The notes under the pieces: generated by a model | Told to the model about the DNA's origin: nothing | Seen by the model: only the letters and a program-made list of their open reading frames with translations | The model's database searches: none | NCBI GenBank assembly: GCA_038231275.1 | Contig: JBBRLQ010000006.1 | Location: 160,001-224,000 of the forward strand | Reading direction: 5' to 3' | DNA: 64,000 bases | DNA from: Polyangiales bacterium | GTDB taxonomy: Bacteria; Myxococcota_A; Polyangia; Polyangiales; Polyangiaceae | Part shown: positions 28,389 to 38,512 of the stretch, piece by piece | Layout: each line of letters opens with the position of its first letter | How positions within the stretch are numbered: position 1 is the first letter of the stretch | Translations under genes and position numbers: made by a program

Positions 28389-31300
28389 AGGTCCTCGCCT
28401 TTCTCCAGCGCCACGCGGTCGTCGTGTGGCTCTCGACGGTATTTCTCGTCCTGCTCGGATCGGGCGCGGCGTATCGCATGCCGAGCGGCATCTATCCGGA
28501 GGTCGAATTTCCCCGCATCGTCGTCGTCGCGCGAAGCGGGGGGGCTCCCGCCGACGTGTTCCTGACCAGCGTCGCGCGCCCGCTGGAGCAAGGCCTGTCG
28601 ACGGTGCTCGGCCTCCAGCGCCTGCGATCGAAGACGATCCGCGGGGCGACGGAGCTCTCGCTCCAGTTCGCGCCGGAGACCGACATGTGGCGCGCGCTCC
28701 AGATGGTCGAGGCGCGCGTCGCGGAGATCCGTTCGGAGATCCCTGCCGACGCCGAGGTCATCGTCGAGCGCGTCACGACGGGCTCGTTCCCCGTGGTCAC
28801 ATTCAACGTTTCCGGCGCCGTCGATCCGCGCGAGCTGCGCGAGACCGCGGAGTTCGTCGTGCGCCCCGCGCTCGCCAACGTACCGGGCGTAGGCCGCATT
28901 GAGGTCCTCGGCGGCGACGTGCGCGAGGTCGAGGTGGTGCTGCGGCCCGAAGGACTCGCGGGAATTCACCTCCTCCCGAACGACGTCGCCGATCGCCTGC
29001 GCACCGCAACAGGCCTCCTCGCGGTAGGCCGCGTCGATCGCGACAGGCAGCTCGTCACCGTGGTAGGCGACGCGCAGCCGAAGACCGTCGCCGATATCGC
29101 TGCAATCCCCGTCGCCACGACCCCTCGCGGAGGGGTGATTCCGCTCGGATCCGTCGCGGAGGTCGTCGAGGGAGCCGCGGACCGTCTGGTGCGCATCGGC
29201 GGCCCGCTCGGCGAGACGGTGGTCATCAGCGTCGCGCGCCTCCCGGGCGCGAGCACGCCGGACGTCGTCGACAAGGCGATCGCGGTGACCAAGGCGCTCG
29301 CCGGATCTCTCCCGGCGGGCGTGGTCATCCACCCCGTCTACGACCAAGCAAGCCTCGTCCGCGAGTCGATGAACAGCGTGCGTGACGCGATCCTGCTGGG
29401 TGTCGCGCTGTGCGCCGCGGTCATCGCGATCTTTCTGCGCGATCTGCGCGCGGGCCTCATGGCGGCGATCTCGGTGCCGATCACGCTCGCGATCGGCTTC
29501 GTCGCGATGAAGGTCGCACACCAGACGTTGAATTTGATGTCCCTCGGCGGCATGGCCGTCGCCATCGGGCTCGTCGTCGATGACGCGATCGTGATGATCG
29601 AGGCGATCGCGCGTCGTCGCGACGAGGGCGACGATCCGGCCACGGCTGCTGCGCGCGGCACGACCGATCTTGCGCCGGCGGTCATCGGTACGACGCTCAC
29701 CACCGTCGTCGTGTTCGTCCCCCTCGCGTTCCTCGAGGGCATCGTCGGCGACTTTTTCCGGGCGCTGGCCTTCACGTTGACGGTCGCGGTGATCGTGTCG
29801 TTGGCGGTGGCGCTCGTCCTCGTCCCGCTCGCCGCTGGTCTCGCGCTTTCGCCGAAGCCGCGCACCGCGCGCGCGGGGATGGCGACGGCCTACGATCGCG
29901 TCGTGCGCGGCCTCATGCGCCACCCTGTATTCGCCGCGATCGCCTTCGCCGCGGTCCTCGTCACGGGTGTGGTCGTCGCGCCGCGCGTCGAGAGCGGATT
30001 CTTGCCGACGATGGACGAAGGCGCGTTCGTGCTCGACTACTTCCTGCCGGCCGGCACGTCGCTCGAGACGACCGAGGCAATGGCGCGCGCACTCGAGCGT
30101 GAGCTAAAGGCGACGCCAGAGATCGCGACCTTCTCCCGACGCACGGGCGCCGAGCTCGGACCGGCCGCGGCGACGCAGCTCAATCGCGGCGACATCATGA
30201 TCCGCCTCAAATCCCCTCCGATTCGCAAGCGCTCGAGCGAGGACGTCATCGCCGACCTCCGCAAGCGCATCGGCGAGAAGACGCCGGAGGTCCGCATCGA
30301 GTTCGTCCAGGTCCTCCAGGACGTGCTCAATGATTTGGCGGGAAATCCCCGTCCGATCGAGATCAAGCTCTTCGGGCAAGACTACGACAAGCTCCACGAG
30401 ATCGGCGACGGGCTGGCGGCGAAGCTCAAAGAGGTGCCCGGCATCGTGGACCTCTACGACGGGCACGAGCGCGACGCCCCCGAGCTACGGTTCGTGGCGC
30501 GGCGCGATGCGATCGCGCGCTTCGGGACGACCCCCGACGACGTCAACCTCCAGCTCCAGACCGCGCTCCTCGGCGCGCGCGTCGGGACGGTGCGCCGCTT
30601 CGATCGCCTCGTCGGCATCCGCGTTCGCTACCCCAACCCGGTGCGCTTCGACGCCGAGCACGTCCTCGACCTGCCGTTCGCGACGAAGGATCAGACGACG
30701 ACGTTCCGCGCGGTCGCCGAGACCGTCGACCACGTCACACCGTCGCAGCTTCTGCACGAGGCGTTGCAGCCGATGGTCGACGTGACGGCCGATCACGAGC
30801 ACCGCGATCTCGGGAGCGTCGCGCGCGACGTCGAGGCCATCCTGGCGAAGGAGCATCTGCCGCAGGGGTACCGGGTCGTCGTCGGCGGACAAATAGAGGG
30901 TCAAAGGGCCACGATTCGCGATCTGTCGACCATCGGCGGCGTCGCCGTGCTCCTCGTGTTCACGGTGCTCTCGGGGCAATTTCGGCGACTGGGCCTCGCG
31001 GCGCTCGTGCTCGCGACGGTCCCCGTGGCGATCGTCGGCGCGCTCCTCGCGCTGCTCGTGACGGGCACACCGCTGAACGCGTCGTCGCTCATGGGATCGG
31101 TGCTCCTCGTGGGGCTGGTGGTGAAGAACGGTGTGCTGCTCCTCGAAGAGGCCGAGAGGCTGTTCGACGAAGGTCAGGACGCCATCGAGTCCGTCGCGCG
31201 GGCGAGCGAGCGGCGCTTGCGGCCGATCGTGATGACCACGACGGCGACGCTCGCGGGCCTGGCGCCGCTCGCCCTCGGCATCGGCGCGGGGGCCGAGCTC

Positions 31301-31411
31301 CAGCGACCGCTCGCGATCGCGGTCATCGGCGGCCTCCTCACGTCGACGGTGGCGAGCCTCGGCTTCTTGCCCCCGTTCGCGGTGCTCGCGCTTCGCCGAA
31401 AGGCGACCTGA
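28385..31411 (+). CDS. RND efflux permease (AcrB/CzcA family)
   Basis: 1008 aa; LNLMSLGGMAVAIGLVVDDAIV, FLPTMDEG, RLRPIVMT, LQRPLAIAVIGGL. Confidence 0.95.
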   Translation: MKVLAFLQRHAVVVWLSTVFLVLLGSGAAYRMPSGIYPEVEFPRIVVVARSGGAPADVFLTSVARPLEQGLSTVLGLQRLRSKTIRGATELSLQFAPETDMWRALQMVEARVAEIRSEIPADAEVIVERVTTGSFPVVTFNVSGAVDPRELRETAEFVVRPALANVPGVGRIEVLGGDVREVEVVLRPEGLAGIHLLPNDVADRLRTATGLLAVGRVDRDRQLVTVVGDAQPKTVADIAAIPVATTPRGGVIPLGSVAEVVEGAADRLVRIGGPLGETVVISVARLPGASTPDVVDKAIAVTKALAGSLPAGVVIHPVYDQASLVRESMNSVRDAILLGVALCAAVIAIFLRDLRAGLMAAISVPITLAIGFVAMKVAHQTLNLMSLGGMAVAIGLVVDDAIVMIEAIARRRDEGDDPATAAARGTTDLAPAVIGTTLTTVVVFVPLAFLEGIVGDFFRALAFTLTVAVIVSLAVALVLVPLAAGLALSPKPRTARAGMATAYDRVVRGLMRHPVFAAIAFAAVLVTGVVVAPRVESGFLPTMDEGAFVLDYFLPAGTSLETTEAMARALERELKATPEIATFSRRTGAELGPAAATQLNRGDIMIRLKSPPIRKRSSEDVIADLRKRIGEKTPEVRIEFVQVLQDVLNDLAGNPRPIEIKLFGQDYDKLHEIGDGLAAKLKEVPGIVDLYDGHERDAPELRFVARRDAIARFGTTPDDVNLQLQTALLGARVGTVRRFDRLVGIRVRYPNPVRFDAEHVLDLPFATKDQTTTFRAVAETVDHVTPSQLLHEALQPMVDVTADHEHRDLGSVARDVEAILAKEHLPQGYRVVVGGQIEGQRATIRDLSTIGGVAVLLVFTVLSGQFRRLGLAALVLATVPVAIVGALLALLVTGTPLNASSLMGSVLLVGLVVKNGVLLLEEAERLFDEGQDAIESVARASERRLRPIVMTTTATLAGLAPLALGIGAGAELQRPLAIAVIGGLLTSTVASLGFLPPFAVLALRRKAT

Positions 31412-31414
31412 TCG

Positions 31415-33328
31415 CTAGACCTTCTTCTGCCACTCGCTGCGCTGCACCACCGGGAGCTGCAGGGCGCGCTCGCGATCGAGGTCGAGGTTGCCGACGTGGA
31501 GGCTTAGCGGCGCCTGGACCCATTTGTAGATCGACTGCGTGAAGAGGCGACCGAATTTGCTCACCCACGCATCGAGCTTCTTGCCGTCCTCGGTCGGGAA
31601 CATCGCGCCGAGCGCGAGGCGCACCTCCTCCTCGCCCATCTTCTCGCCCGCGTAGAGCGCGAAGCACGCGTCGAGGATGGGGAACGGCATCAGATCCTTC
31701 TCGTCCTCCATGTCGTCGGCGAGCTCGGCGGACGCGGGCTTCTTGAGCGTGAGCCGGATCCCCTCGGAGCCGGTCGTCTCGAGCAGGTAATCGAGGAGGT
31801 AGTTCACGACCGTCTTGGGGACGTTCGCGATGACGCTGAGCGCCCCTTCCATGTCGCCGCCGATCGTCGTGTAGCCGACCGCCTTCTCGCTCATGTTGCT
31901 CGTCTGCAGGAAGAGGCCGGCGGCGCTGTTGGACCACGTCCACATGCGCTCGGCGCGGATGCGCGCCTGCACGTTCTGCCGCGACATCGGCGTGAGCTTC
32001 TCGCCGGGCTGGAGCATCGCCTCGATCTGCTCGAGCTCGCGGTGGAACGCGTCTTCCACCGAGCTCACGACGAACGGAACTCCGAGCTCCTTCGCCGCCG
32101 CCTCGGCCGCTGCACGCGTCTCCGTCGACGAGTACCGCGTCGGCATGAAGAAGGCGCGCAGCATCTCGGCGGCCTTGGCGGCGCGCGCGCCTTCGGTCTC
32201 CGATGCGAAGCGCGTGTCGACGTAGCGACGCGCGAGGATGAGGCAGAGGAGGCTGTCGCGGCCGCCGGAGAGCGCGACGCCGATCGTCTTGAAGGCGCCG
32301 GTCTTCTCGAAATAGTCGCCGATGCCGAGCGCGAGCGCGTCGAGCAGCTCTTCGCAGAACTCGGCGCGCGGGCTCTTGCGAGTGGAATCGACGGGCAGGA
32401 AGAAGCTCGCGCCGGGCGGCGACGGGTACGACAGCGTGCCGGTGCCCGCCGTCGAGCCCTCGACCTTCAGGTGCCGCACCGCCGGGGTCGTCTGGCTGAA
32501 GACCTCCTGATCGGTCCGCCACGTCGTGTTCTCGGTGCGTAGGCGACGGGTTCGGTCGAGATCCACCGTCACCGAAGCGAAGCCCTCGCGGAAGCGCGGC
32601 GCGTCGAGGAGCAAGCGGCCGTTTTGCGCGACGATGCCGCCGCCGTCGAAGATGAGCCCGTCGTTCGCGCCGACGAGGTTCGCGTATGCGACCGTGCACT
32701 GGTTGTCGCCGGCGCGCGTGGCGAGCATCTCGCGGCGGGTCGCGGTGACACCGAGGCGGAACGGCGACGCCGACACGTTGACGACGATCTCCGCGCCGGC
32801 GTACGAGCGGCGGCGCATCGGGCCGTCGGGCGACCACACGTCCTCGCAGACCTCGAGGCCCATCGTGCCGAAGTCGAGATCGAAGACGACGTCGCCGAAC
32901 GGGATGCCGTCGATCTCGTCGAAGAGACCGACCGCGCCGCGGGCGAAGACGCGCGCCTCGTAGAAGACGTTGTAGGTGGGGAGCTTCTCCTTCGGGACGA
33001 GGCCGTGGACCTTGCCGCGGTGGACGAGCGCCGCGCAGTTGTAGAGGTGTGCGCTGCGCGCGACGGTGACACCGATGACGAGGACCGACGAGAGGTGCGC
33101 CGTCTCTTTCGCGAAGCGGCGAAGCTCCACCAGCTGCGCGTCGACGAAGCCGCGCCACTGCGCGAGATCCTCGGGCGAGTAGCCGCCGATGCACTGCTCG
33201 GGGAGCGCGACGATCGTGGCGCCATCGGCGGCGGCGGCGCGCGCGATGCGAACGGCGCGGTCGACGTTCGAGCGCGTCGCGCCGACGGTGGCGTTGACGC
33301 TGGCGACGGCGAGTCGGACGAGCCTCAT
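31415..33328 (-). CDS. nadE: Glutamine-dependent NAD+ synthetase
   Basis: Glutaminase domain (LPE, KEKLPTYNVFYE, CEDVW) plus SGGRDS, QNVQARIR, NMSEKAVGYTTIGGD. Confidence 0.95.
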   Translation of the reverse strand: MRLVRLAVASVNATVGATRSNVDRAVRIARAAAADGATIVALPEQCIGGYSPEDLAQWRGFVDAQLVELRRFAKETAHLSSVLVIGVTVARSAHLYNCAALVHRGKVHGLVPKEKLPTYNVFYEARVFARGAVGLFDEIDGIPFGDVVFDLDFGTMGLEVCEDVWSPDGPMRRRSYAGAEIVVNVSASPFRLGVTATRREMLATRAGDNQCTVAYANLVGANDGLIFDGGGIVAQNGRLLLDAPRFREGFASVTVDLDRTRRLRTENTTWRTDQEVFSQTTPAVRHLKVEGSTAGTGTLSYPSPPGASFFLPVDSTRKSPRAEFCEELLDALALGIGDYFEKTGAFKTIGVALSGGRDSLLCLILARRYVDTRFASETEGARAAKAAEMLRAFFMPTRYSSTETRAAAEAAAKELGVPFVVSSVEDAFHRELEQIEAMLQPGEKLTPMSRQNVQARIRAERMWTWSNSAAGLFLQTSNMSEKAVGYTTIGGDMEGALSVIANVPKTVVNYLLDYLLETTGSEGIRLTLKKPASAELADDMEDEKDLMPFPILDACFALYAGEKMGEEEVRLALGAMFPTEDGKKLDAWVSKFGRLFTQSIYKWVQAPLSLHVGNLDLDRERALQLPVVQRSEWQKKV

Positions 33329-34737
33329 ACGTGTGCCTCTCGGGTGAGCGCCTCGATCTGAGCGACGAGGCCGTCGGAGGCTACCAGCGTTCGCGCGGGG
33401 GCGCCCTCGAGCGCGCGCATTCGAGGGTCGAGCGCCTCCACCTGGCTCCGGACGTGCGCGCGCGTCGCGTCGAGGGACGGCAGCGGCGCGATCGGCGCGC
33501 TTCCCCGCCACACCGGCGCGAGCAGCGGCGCGCCGCCCGCGGGGACCGACTCGCCCTCGAGGGCCACCAGATCGTGATCGGCGTAGCGATGCGCCTGGAT
33601 CTCACCAGGCAGCGTCGCCTTGCCGGAGCCCTTCGCCATCTTCATCGTGATCTTGCCGTAGCCGTTCACGACGAGCTTGGCGACCGCGCCGATGCCGGTC
33701 GCCGCGTCGGGCGAGCACGTGATGTTCTCGCCGACGCCGAAGCCGTCCGCGACGACCGAGAGCTCCTTCACCTTGGCCTCGTCGAGGCCGTCGGAGGCGT
33801 AGATCTTCACGTGCGGCGCGCCGAGCTCGTCGAGCAGCGCGCGCGCGCGGGTGAGCGACGCGACCGCGACGTTCGAGTCGATGCGGATCGCGCCGAGCCG
33901 GCCGCCCGTCGCCTCGACGGCGTTTCGAATGCCGCGCTCGGTGTCGTACGTGTCCACGAGCATGGTCGTAGGGCCGGGAAAGGCGTTCGCATAGGCCTTG
34001 AAGAACTCGCGCTCGGTCTCGGTCGGCGACACGCCGGGGCGCTCGCTGGCCTGGATCGCGAAGTGATCCATCGTGCCCAGCGCGGGGACGCCATAGGTGA
34101 CGTATGCCGCGATGTTCGAGCTCGCGCTGACGCCCGCCACGTACGCCGCGTACGTCGCCTCCACCGCGGCGCTCGGGTGCGTGCGGCGCTGCCCGAACTC
34201 GATGACGACCTTGCCGCCCGCCGCGTCGACCACGCGCGCCGCCTTCGACGCGACCATCGACATGTGGTTCACGTAGCCGAGCCACGGCGTTTCGAGGAGC
34301 TTGGCGCGGACCATGTCGGTGCGTACGCGCAAGAGCGGCGTGTAGATCACGAGGCGCGCACCGGCGACGTCGAGGGGCTTGCCGTCGGTCCGAACTGCGG
34401 GACCCGCGAAGGCGAGCGTGCCCTCGGGCATCGCGTCGATCTCGCCGTGGAAGCCGTCGATCTCCGCGAGCGCCTTGCGCAGTAGCGGACGCGCGGCGAG
34501 CGCCGGTCCGAGCACCGGGTGCGTGTCGAGGGCCTCCATCTCCTGCGCGTCGATGCGCATCTGCGCGGCGTGCGCGAGGACGCTGCGAAGCCCACAAAAC
34601 ACGACGTAGCCGCGGGCCCGCGGCATCCGCCGGAAGAACACCGCCATCGACACCTTCTGGTCGAGGCGCCCTTCGTCGGCGTGGGCGACGAGCGTCGTCA
34701 GCTGGTAGGTGTCGATGCCGAGCGTGGCTCGCGTCAT
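33325..34737 (-). CDS. pncB: Nicotinate phosphoribosyltransferase
   Basis: DTYQLT, FFRRMP, EFGQRR, GTMDH, LVDTYDT, IRIDS, FGVG; coupled to nadE. Confidence 0.92.
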   Translation of the reverse strand: MTRATLGIDTYQLTTLVAHADEGRLDQKVSMAVFFRRMPRARGYVVFCGLRSVLAHAAQMRIDAQEMEALDTHPVLGPALAARPLLRKALAEIDGFHGEIDAMPEGTLAFAGPAVRTDGKPLDVAGARLVIYTPLLRVRTDMVRAKLLETPWLGYVNHMSMVASKAARVVDAAGGKVVIEFGQRRTHPSAAVEATYAAYVAGVSASSNIAAYVTYGVPALGTMDHFAIQASERPGVSPTETEREFFKAYANAFPGPTTMLVDTYDTERGIRNAVEATGGRLGAIRIDSNVAVASLTRARALLDELGAPHVKIYASDGLDEAKVKELSVVADGFGVGENITCSPDAATGIGAVAKLVVNGYGKITMKMAKGSGKATLPGEIQAHRYADHDLVALEGESVPAGGAPLLAPVWRGSAPIAPLPSLDATRAHVRSQVEALDPRMRALEGAPARTLVASDGLVAQIEALTREAHV

Positions 34738-34741
34738 CGCG

Positions 34742-36610
34742 TCATTGTAAGCGTTCGCGAATCAGGGCGCGCAGATTCTGGGGCAACGGCGGCTTGTCGA
34801 GCCGGGTGTTGGGCACGGCGTCGAGGAACGCCTTCGCGCGCGGCGTGAAGGCGCCGCCCGTGAAGAAGATCACCGTCTCCGCGATCTGCGGGTGGGTGCG
34901 CCGGAGCTCGACGTAGAAATCCATGCCGGTCATCTCCGGCATCATCAGATCGCAGAAGATGACGTCGAACGCGTCGCCCCGTCGCAGCCACGCGAGCGCC
35001 TCGCGCGCATCGGTGGCCGTGGTCACGTCGTGCTCGCGGCTCAGCATGCGCCGTATCGACGTGCAGACCAACGGCTCGTCGTCGAGGACGAGGACGCGCC
35101 CGCGCCGTGCGGAGCCCTCGACCGAGGGGGCGTTCGGAGGAGGCTCGACCGTGCGCGGCGGCGCGGCGGTGAGGCGGACGCGAAACGTCGTGCCGACACC
35201 GAGCTCGCTCTCGACCTCGATCTCGCCGCCGAGGCTGGAGACGATGCCGTGGCAGACCGCGAGGCCCAGGCCGGTGCCGACGCCGACCGGCTTCGTCGTG
35301 AAGAACGGATCGAAGAGGCGCGGCACGTGCTCGGGAGAGATGCCGCCGCCGGTGTCGCGCACCTCGACGACGATCTCGCCTCCTCGCTCACGGAGGGCGA
35401 CGCTGATCTCGTTGGTGGCGGCGGCTCCTTCCGGGATGGCCTGCGCCGCGTTGACGAGCAGGTTCAAGAAGACCTGTCCGAGGCGCCCCTCGTTCGCGAG
35501 AACTGGCGGGACGTCCGAAAAATCGCGTACGAGCTGCGCGCGGTGACGGATCTCGTTGTACGCCATGTTGATCGCCGACTCGAGGACGCGGCGCACGTCG
35601 GCGAGGCCGGAGCCCTCCTCGTCGGCGCGCGAGAACGTCTTCAGATCGCGCACGATCACGCGCACGCGCTCGGCGCCGTCGCGCGCCTCGTCGATGGCCT
35701 GCCGCACCTCGCGCACCGCAGAGCTCGTCGGCATTCGCGCGAGCTCTTCGGCCGCGAAGCCGAGGTTCGCGGTGATGTAGGCGAGGGGGTTGTTGATCTC
35801 GTGCGCCACGCCCGCCGCGAGGGTGCCGACGCTCGCCATGCGATCGGCGAACAAGAGGCGCGTCTGCATCTGGTTGCGCTCGGTGAGGTCACGCGCGACC
35901 GTCGCGACCGCCGGATGATCGTCGAGCGATACCGGGATGCCGACGATCTCGCTCTGGACGATCTTTCCGTCGCGGCGAACGAAGCGACACGGGCGTGCTC
36001 CCGCCGTGACGCCGCGCTCGACGAGGCTCCGCACCTCCACCCACGTCGTGGCGAGCGACTCGCCGTCGACGATGTCCGCGACCGGCCTCGCGACGAGCTC
36101 GAGGCGCAGATCGTAGCCGAGCATCGTCACGGCGGCAGGGTTCACGTAGAGGAGGACGCCGCGCGAATGGACGAGGATCGCGTCGGGCGATCCCTCGATG
36201 AGCATCCGGAAGCGCGACTCGCTGTGGCGCAGCTCGGCGATCGCGCGCGCGCGTTCGAGCGCGTAGCGGACCGCGCGATCGAGCAGCGGCGCGGTGAGCT
36301 GCTCGGCCAGGAGGACGTCGGACGCGCCGATCGCGATGGCGTCGGCCTCCATCGCGGGGTCGGGCTTGTCGCAGATGAGGATGACGGGCGCGGCGCCCCC
36401 GCGGCTCAGCGCCTCGCGCAAGATGCCGTTCCCGTCGCGATGCGCGCCGTGACGCAGGAGGACGATCTCGCACGCGCGGTTCAGCCAGGCGTCGACCTGC
36501 GGCTCCCGGCACCACTCGAGCGGGAACGTAGGGAAGGCCGCCGCCACGAGCTCGTGGCCGCTCTCATCCCCCCCCACGAGGAGGAGCCGAATCGCGCGTC
36601 CACCCGTCAT
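34742..36610 (-). CDS. Hybrid sensor kinase (pseudo-REC, PAS, HisKA, HATPase, REC)
   Basis: AHEINNPL, QVFLNLLVNA, FDPFFTTK, GTGLGL, C-terminal LDDE...CDLMMP. Confidence 0.93.
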   Translation of the reverse strand: MTGGRAIRLLLVGGDESGHELVAAAFPTFPLEWCREPQVDAWLNRACEIVLLRHGAHRDGNGILREALSRGGAAPVILICDKPDPAMEADAIAIGASDVLLAEQLTAPLLDRAVRYALERARAIAELRHSESRFRMLIEGSPDAILVHSRGVLLYVNPAAVTMLGYDLRLELVARPVADIVDGESLATTWVEVRSLVERGVTAGARPCRFVRRDGKIVQSEIVGIPVSLDDHPAVATVARDLTERNQMQTRLLFADRMASVGTLAAGVAHEINNPLAYITANLGFAAEELARMPTSSAVREVRQAIDEARDGAERVRVIVRDLKTFSRADEEGSGLADVRRVLESAINMAYNEIRHRAQLVRDFSDVPPVLANEGRLGQVFLNLLVNAAQAIPEGAAATNEISVALRERGGEIVVEVRDTGGGISPEHVPRLFDPFFTTKPVGVGTGLGLAVCHGIVSSLGGEIEVESELGVGTTFRVRLTAAPPRTVEPPPNAPSVEGSARRGRVLVLDDEPLVCTSIRRMLSREHDVTTATDAREALAWLRRGDAFDVIFCDLMMPEMTGMDFYVELRRTHPQIAETVIFFTGGAFTPRAKAFLDAVPNTRLDKPPLPQNLRALIRERLQ

Positions 36611-36695
36611 GTCGCGAGAGCACTATAGAGCAGAAGGCGCTCGACCGTGGCGGGCAAACGTCCCGCGCGACGACGCGACGGAGAGGAGCGCCCGC

Positions 36696-37586
36696 TCATC
36701 CGAGGGCGGCAACGAGCTGACGGTAGACGCCGACGTGCGCCGCGACGCTCTCGTCGATCCTCCGGTGGTAACCGCCCCCCAGCGTCACCACGCACGGCAC
36801 GCCAAGCCGCTCGACCGTCCGAAAGACGCGGCGGTTCCTCTCCTCGAGCCCTGCGTGGGAGAGGGCCATTCTCCCGAGACGATCGCCGCGGAGGCCGTCG
36901 ACGCCGGCTTGGTAAAAAACCAGGTCCGGGCGGTGCGCCGTCACTTGCTCGAGCGCCGCGTCGAGCGCCGCGAGGTAGGCGTCGTCCTCGCACCCGTCGC
37001 CGAGGCCGACGTCGAGGGAGCTCTGCTCTTTCCGGAACGGATAGTTCTTCTCGCCGTGGAGGCTCAACGTGAAGACGTCGGGGTCGGAGGCGAAGATCGC
37101 CGCGGTGCCGTTCCCTTGATGAACGTCGAGGTCGACCACGGCGATCTTGCGAACGCCGTGATCGCGTTGCGCCACGCGCACGGCCACTGCGATGTCGTTG
37201 AAGACACAAAATCCCTCGCCGCGATCCTCGAAGGCGTGGTGAGTACCGCCTGCCAGGTGACCGGCCGCGCCGTGCTGGACGGCCCAGGCGAGGGCGCACA
37301 ACGTCCCGCCCACACTGCGCCTCGCGCGCTGCACGAGCGACTCGGACCACGGAAAACCGAGGCGCCGGACTTGAGACGTCGCGAGTGAGCCCTCTTTCAC
37401 CGCCGTCACGTACGCCGGGCGATGCACGAGCGCGAGGTCCGAGAACGACGCCGGCGCGCCGAGCTGCAGGAGCGCCGCGTGGTCGCGCGAGAGGGCCTGG
37501 ACGATACGGTCGTACTTGCCGAGCGGGAACTTGTGCCCGGCGGGCAGCATCAAGTCGTGGAGGTTTTCGGTCATGACGAGGCGCAC
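36696..37586 (-). CDS. Histone deacetylase family protein
   Basis: HKFP, GGTHHA, GFCVFND, DLDVHQGNG, AGVD..GDRLG, GGGY. Confidence 0.93.
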   Translation of the reverse strand: MRLVMTENLHDLMLPAGHKFPLGKYDRIVQALSRDHAALLQLGAPASFSDLALVHRPAYVTAVKEGSLATSQVRRLGFPWSESLVQRARRSVGGTLCALAWAVQHGAAGHLAGGTHHAFEDRGEGFCVFNDIAVAVRVAQRDHGVRKIAVVDLDVHQGNGTAAIFASDPDVFTLSLHGEKNYPFRKEQSSLDVGLGDGCEDDAYLAALDAALEQVTAHRPDLVFYQAGVDGLRGDRLGRMALSHAGLEERNRRVFRTVERLGVPCVVTLGGGYHRRIDESVAAHVGVYRQLVAALG

Positions 37587-37642
37587 GACAGAACTTTAGG
37601 GCGGCTTGGAACTTTTCGCCTCCCCGCGAGGTCGAACCCACG

Positions 37643-38509
37643 ATGACGAAGCTCCCTTCGGTAGCCCAGGTGTACGGTCTTCCGACGGCCCCCGGGCAGA
37701 TCGTGACGCTTCGCAGCACGGTTCGGACGGCCGACGGCATCGCCCTGACGCCGATCGATCTATTCGACCTCGGCGCGGGCGGGCTTCGCCTCGTGGACGA
37801 CGATCCACTCCACCAGGTGGCGCGCGTCGAGGACGCGGGGACCTATGGGGCGGCGTGCGCGGCGGCTCACGTCCCCTCCCCGTGCCTCGCGCCGAAGATC
37901 GACGCGCTCGCGCACACGCACCTCCTCACGCCGGAAGAGCTCGCGAGGACACTCGTCGGTGAAGTGGAGATCGACGCCGTGGTCGTCCACCCCACGATCG
38001 TGGCGCCTTCGCCGCTCGAAGTGGACGCGATCCCGTGGCCCGTCGTTGCATGCGGCGGCGTGCTCGCGGCGATTGCGATCGCGGTCGGGGTGCGTGCGTT
38101 CGTTCGTGGTCGGCCCCTCGCCCACGTCCTCGGCGCCGCGCGCGCCGCGCGGAAGGCGACGCGAAAGGACGCGACGCTCGCGGACGTGCGGAGCAAAATC
38201 GACGATCTGGTCCTCTACGCGCGCCTCGCCGATCGCGTCCGTCGCGACTGCGCGGCGCGTCACGCGCGGATCGATCGCGACGCGCTGGCGGCCGGCCTCC
38301 CCGCCGAGCGCGAAGAGGCGGGGCGCCTCGAGCGAGATCTCGCCCGCGCGAAGGGCGATCTTTCGCGCGTCGCGTCGGCGCTGCGCCTCGTCACGATGCA
38401 AGCGCGTGAAGGGCGTGCGCGCGCGACGACGCCCGATCCGGTGGCCGAGCTCACCGCCGAGCTTGCGATGCGCGACGAAGCCTTCGCCGAGCTGCACGCG
38501 TCCGAGTGA
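37643..38509 (+). CDS. Hypothetical single-TM protein with C-terminal coiled coil
   Basis: GC3-biased ORF; TM helix WPVVACGGVLAAIAIAVGV. Confidence 0.6.
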   Translation: MTKLPSVAQVYGLPTAPGQIVTLRSTVRTADGIALTPIDLFDLGAGGLRLVDDDPLHQVARVEDAGTYGAACAAAHVPSPCLAPKIDALAHTHLLTPEELARTLVGEVEIDAVVVHPTIVAPSPLEVDAIPWPVVACGGVLAAIAIAVGVRAFVRGRPLAHVLGAARAARKATRKDATLADVRSKIDDLVLYARLADRVRRDCAARHARIDRDALAAGLPAEREEAGRLERDLARAKGDLSRVASALRLVTMQAREGRARATTPDPVAELTAELAMRDEAFAELHASE

Positions 38510-38512
38510 CGC

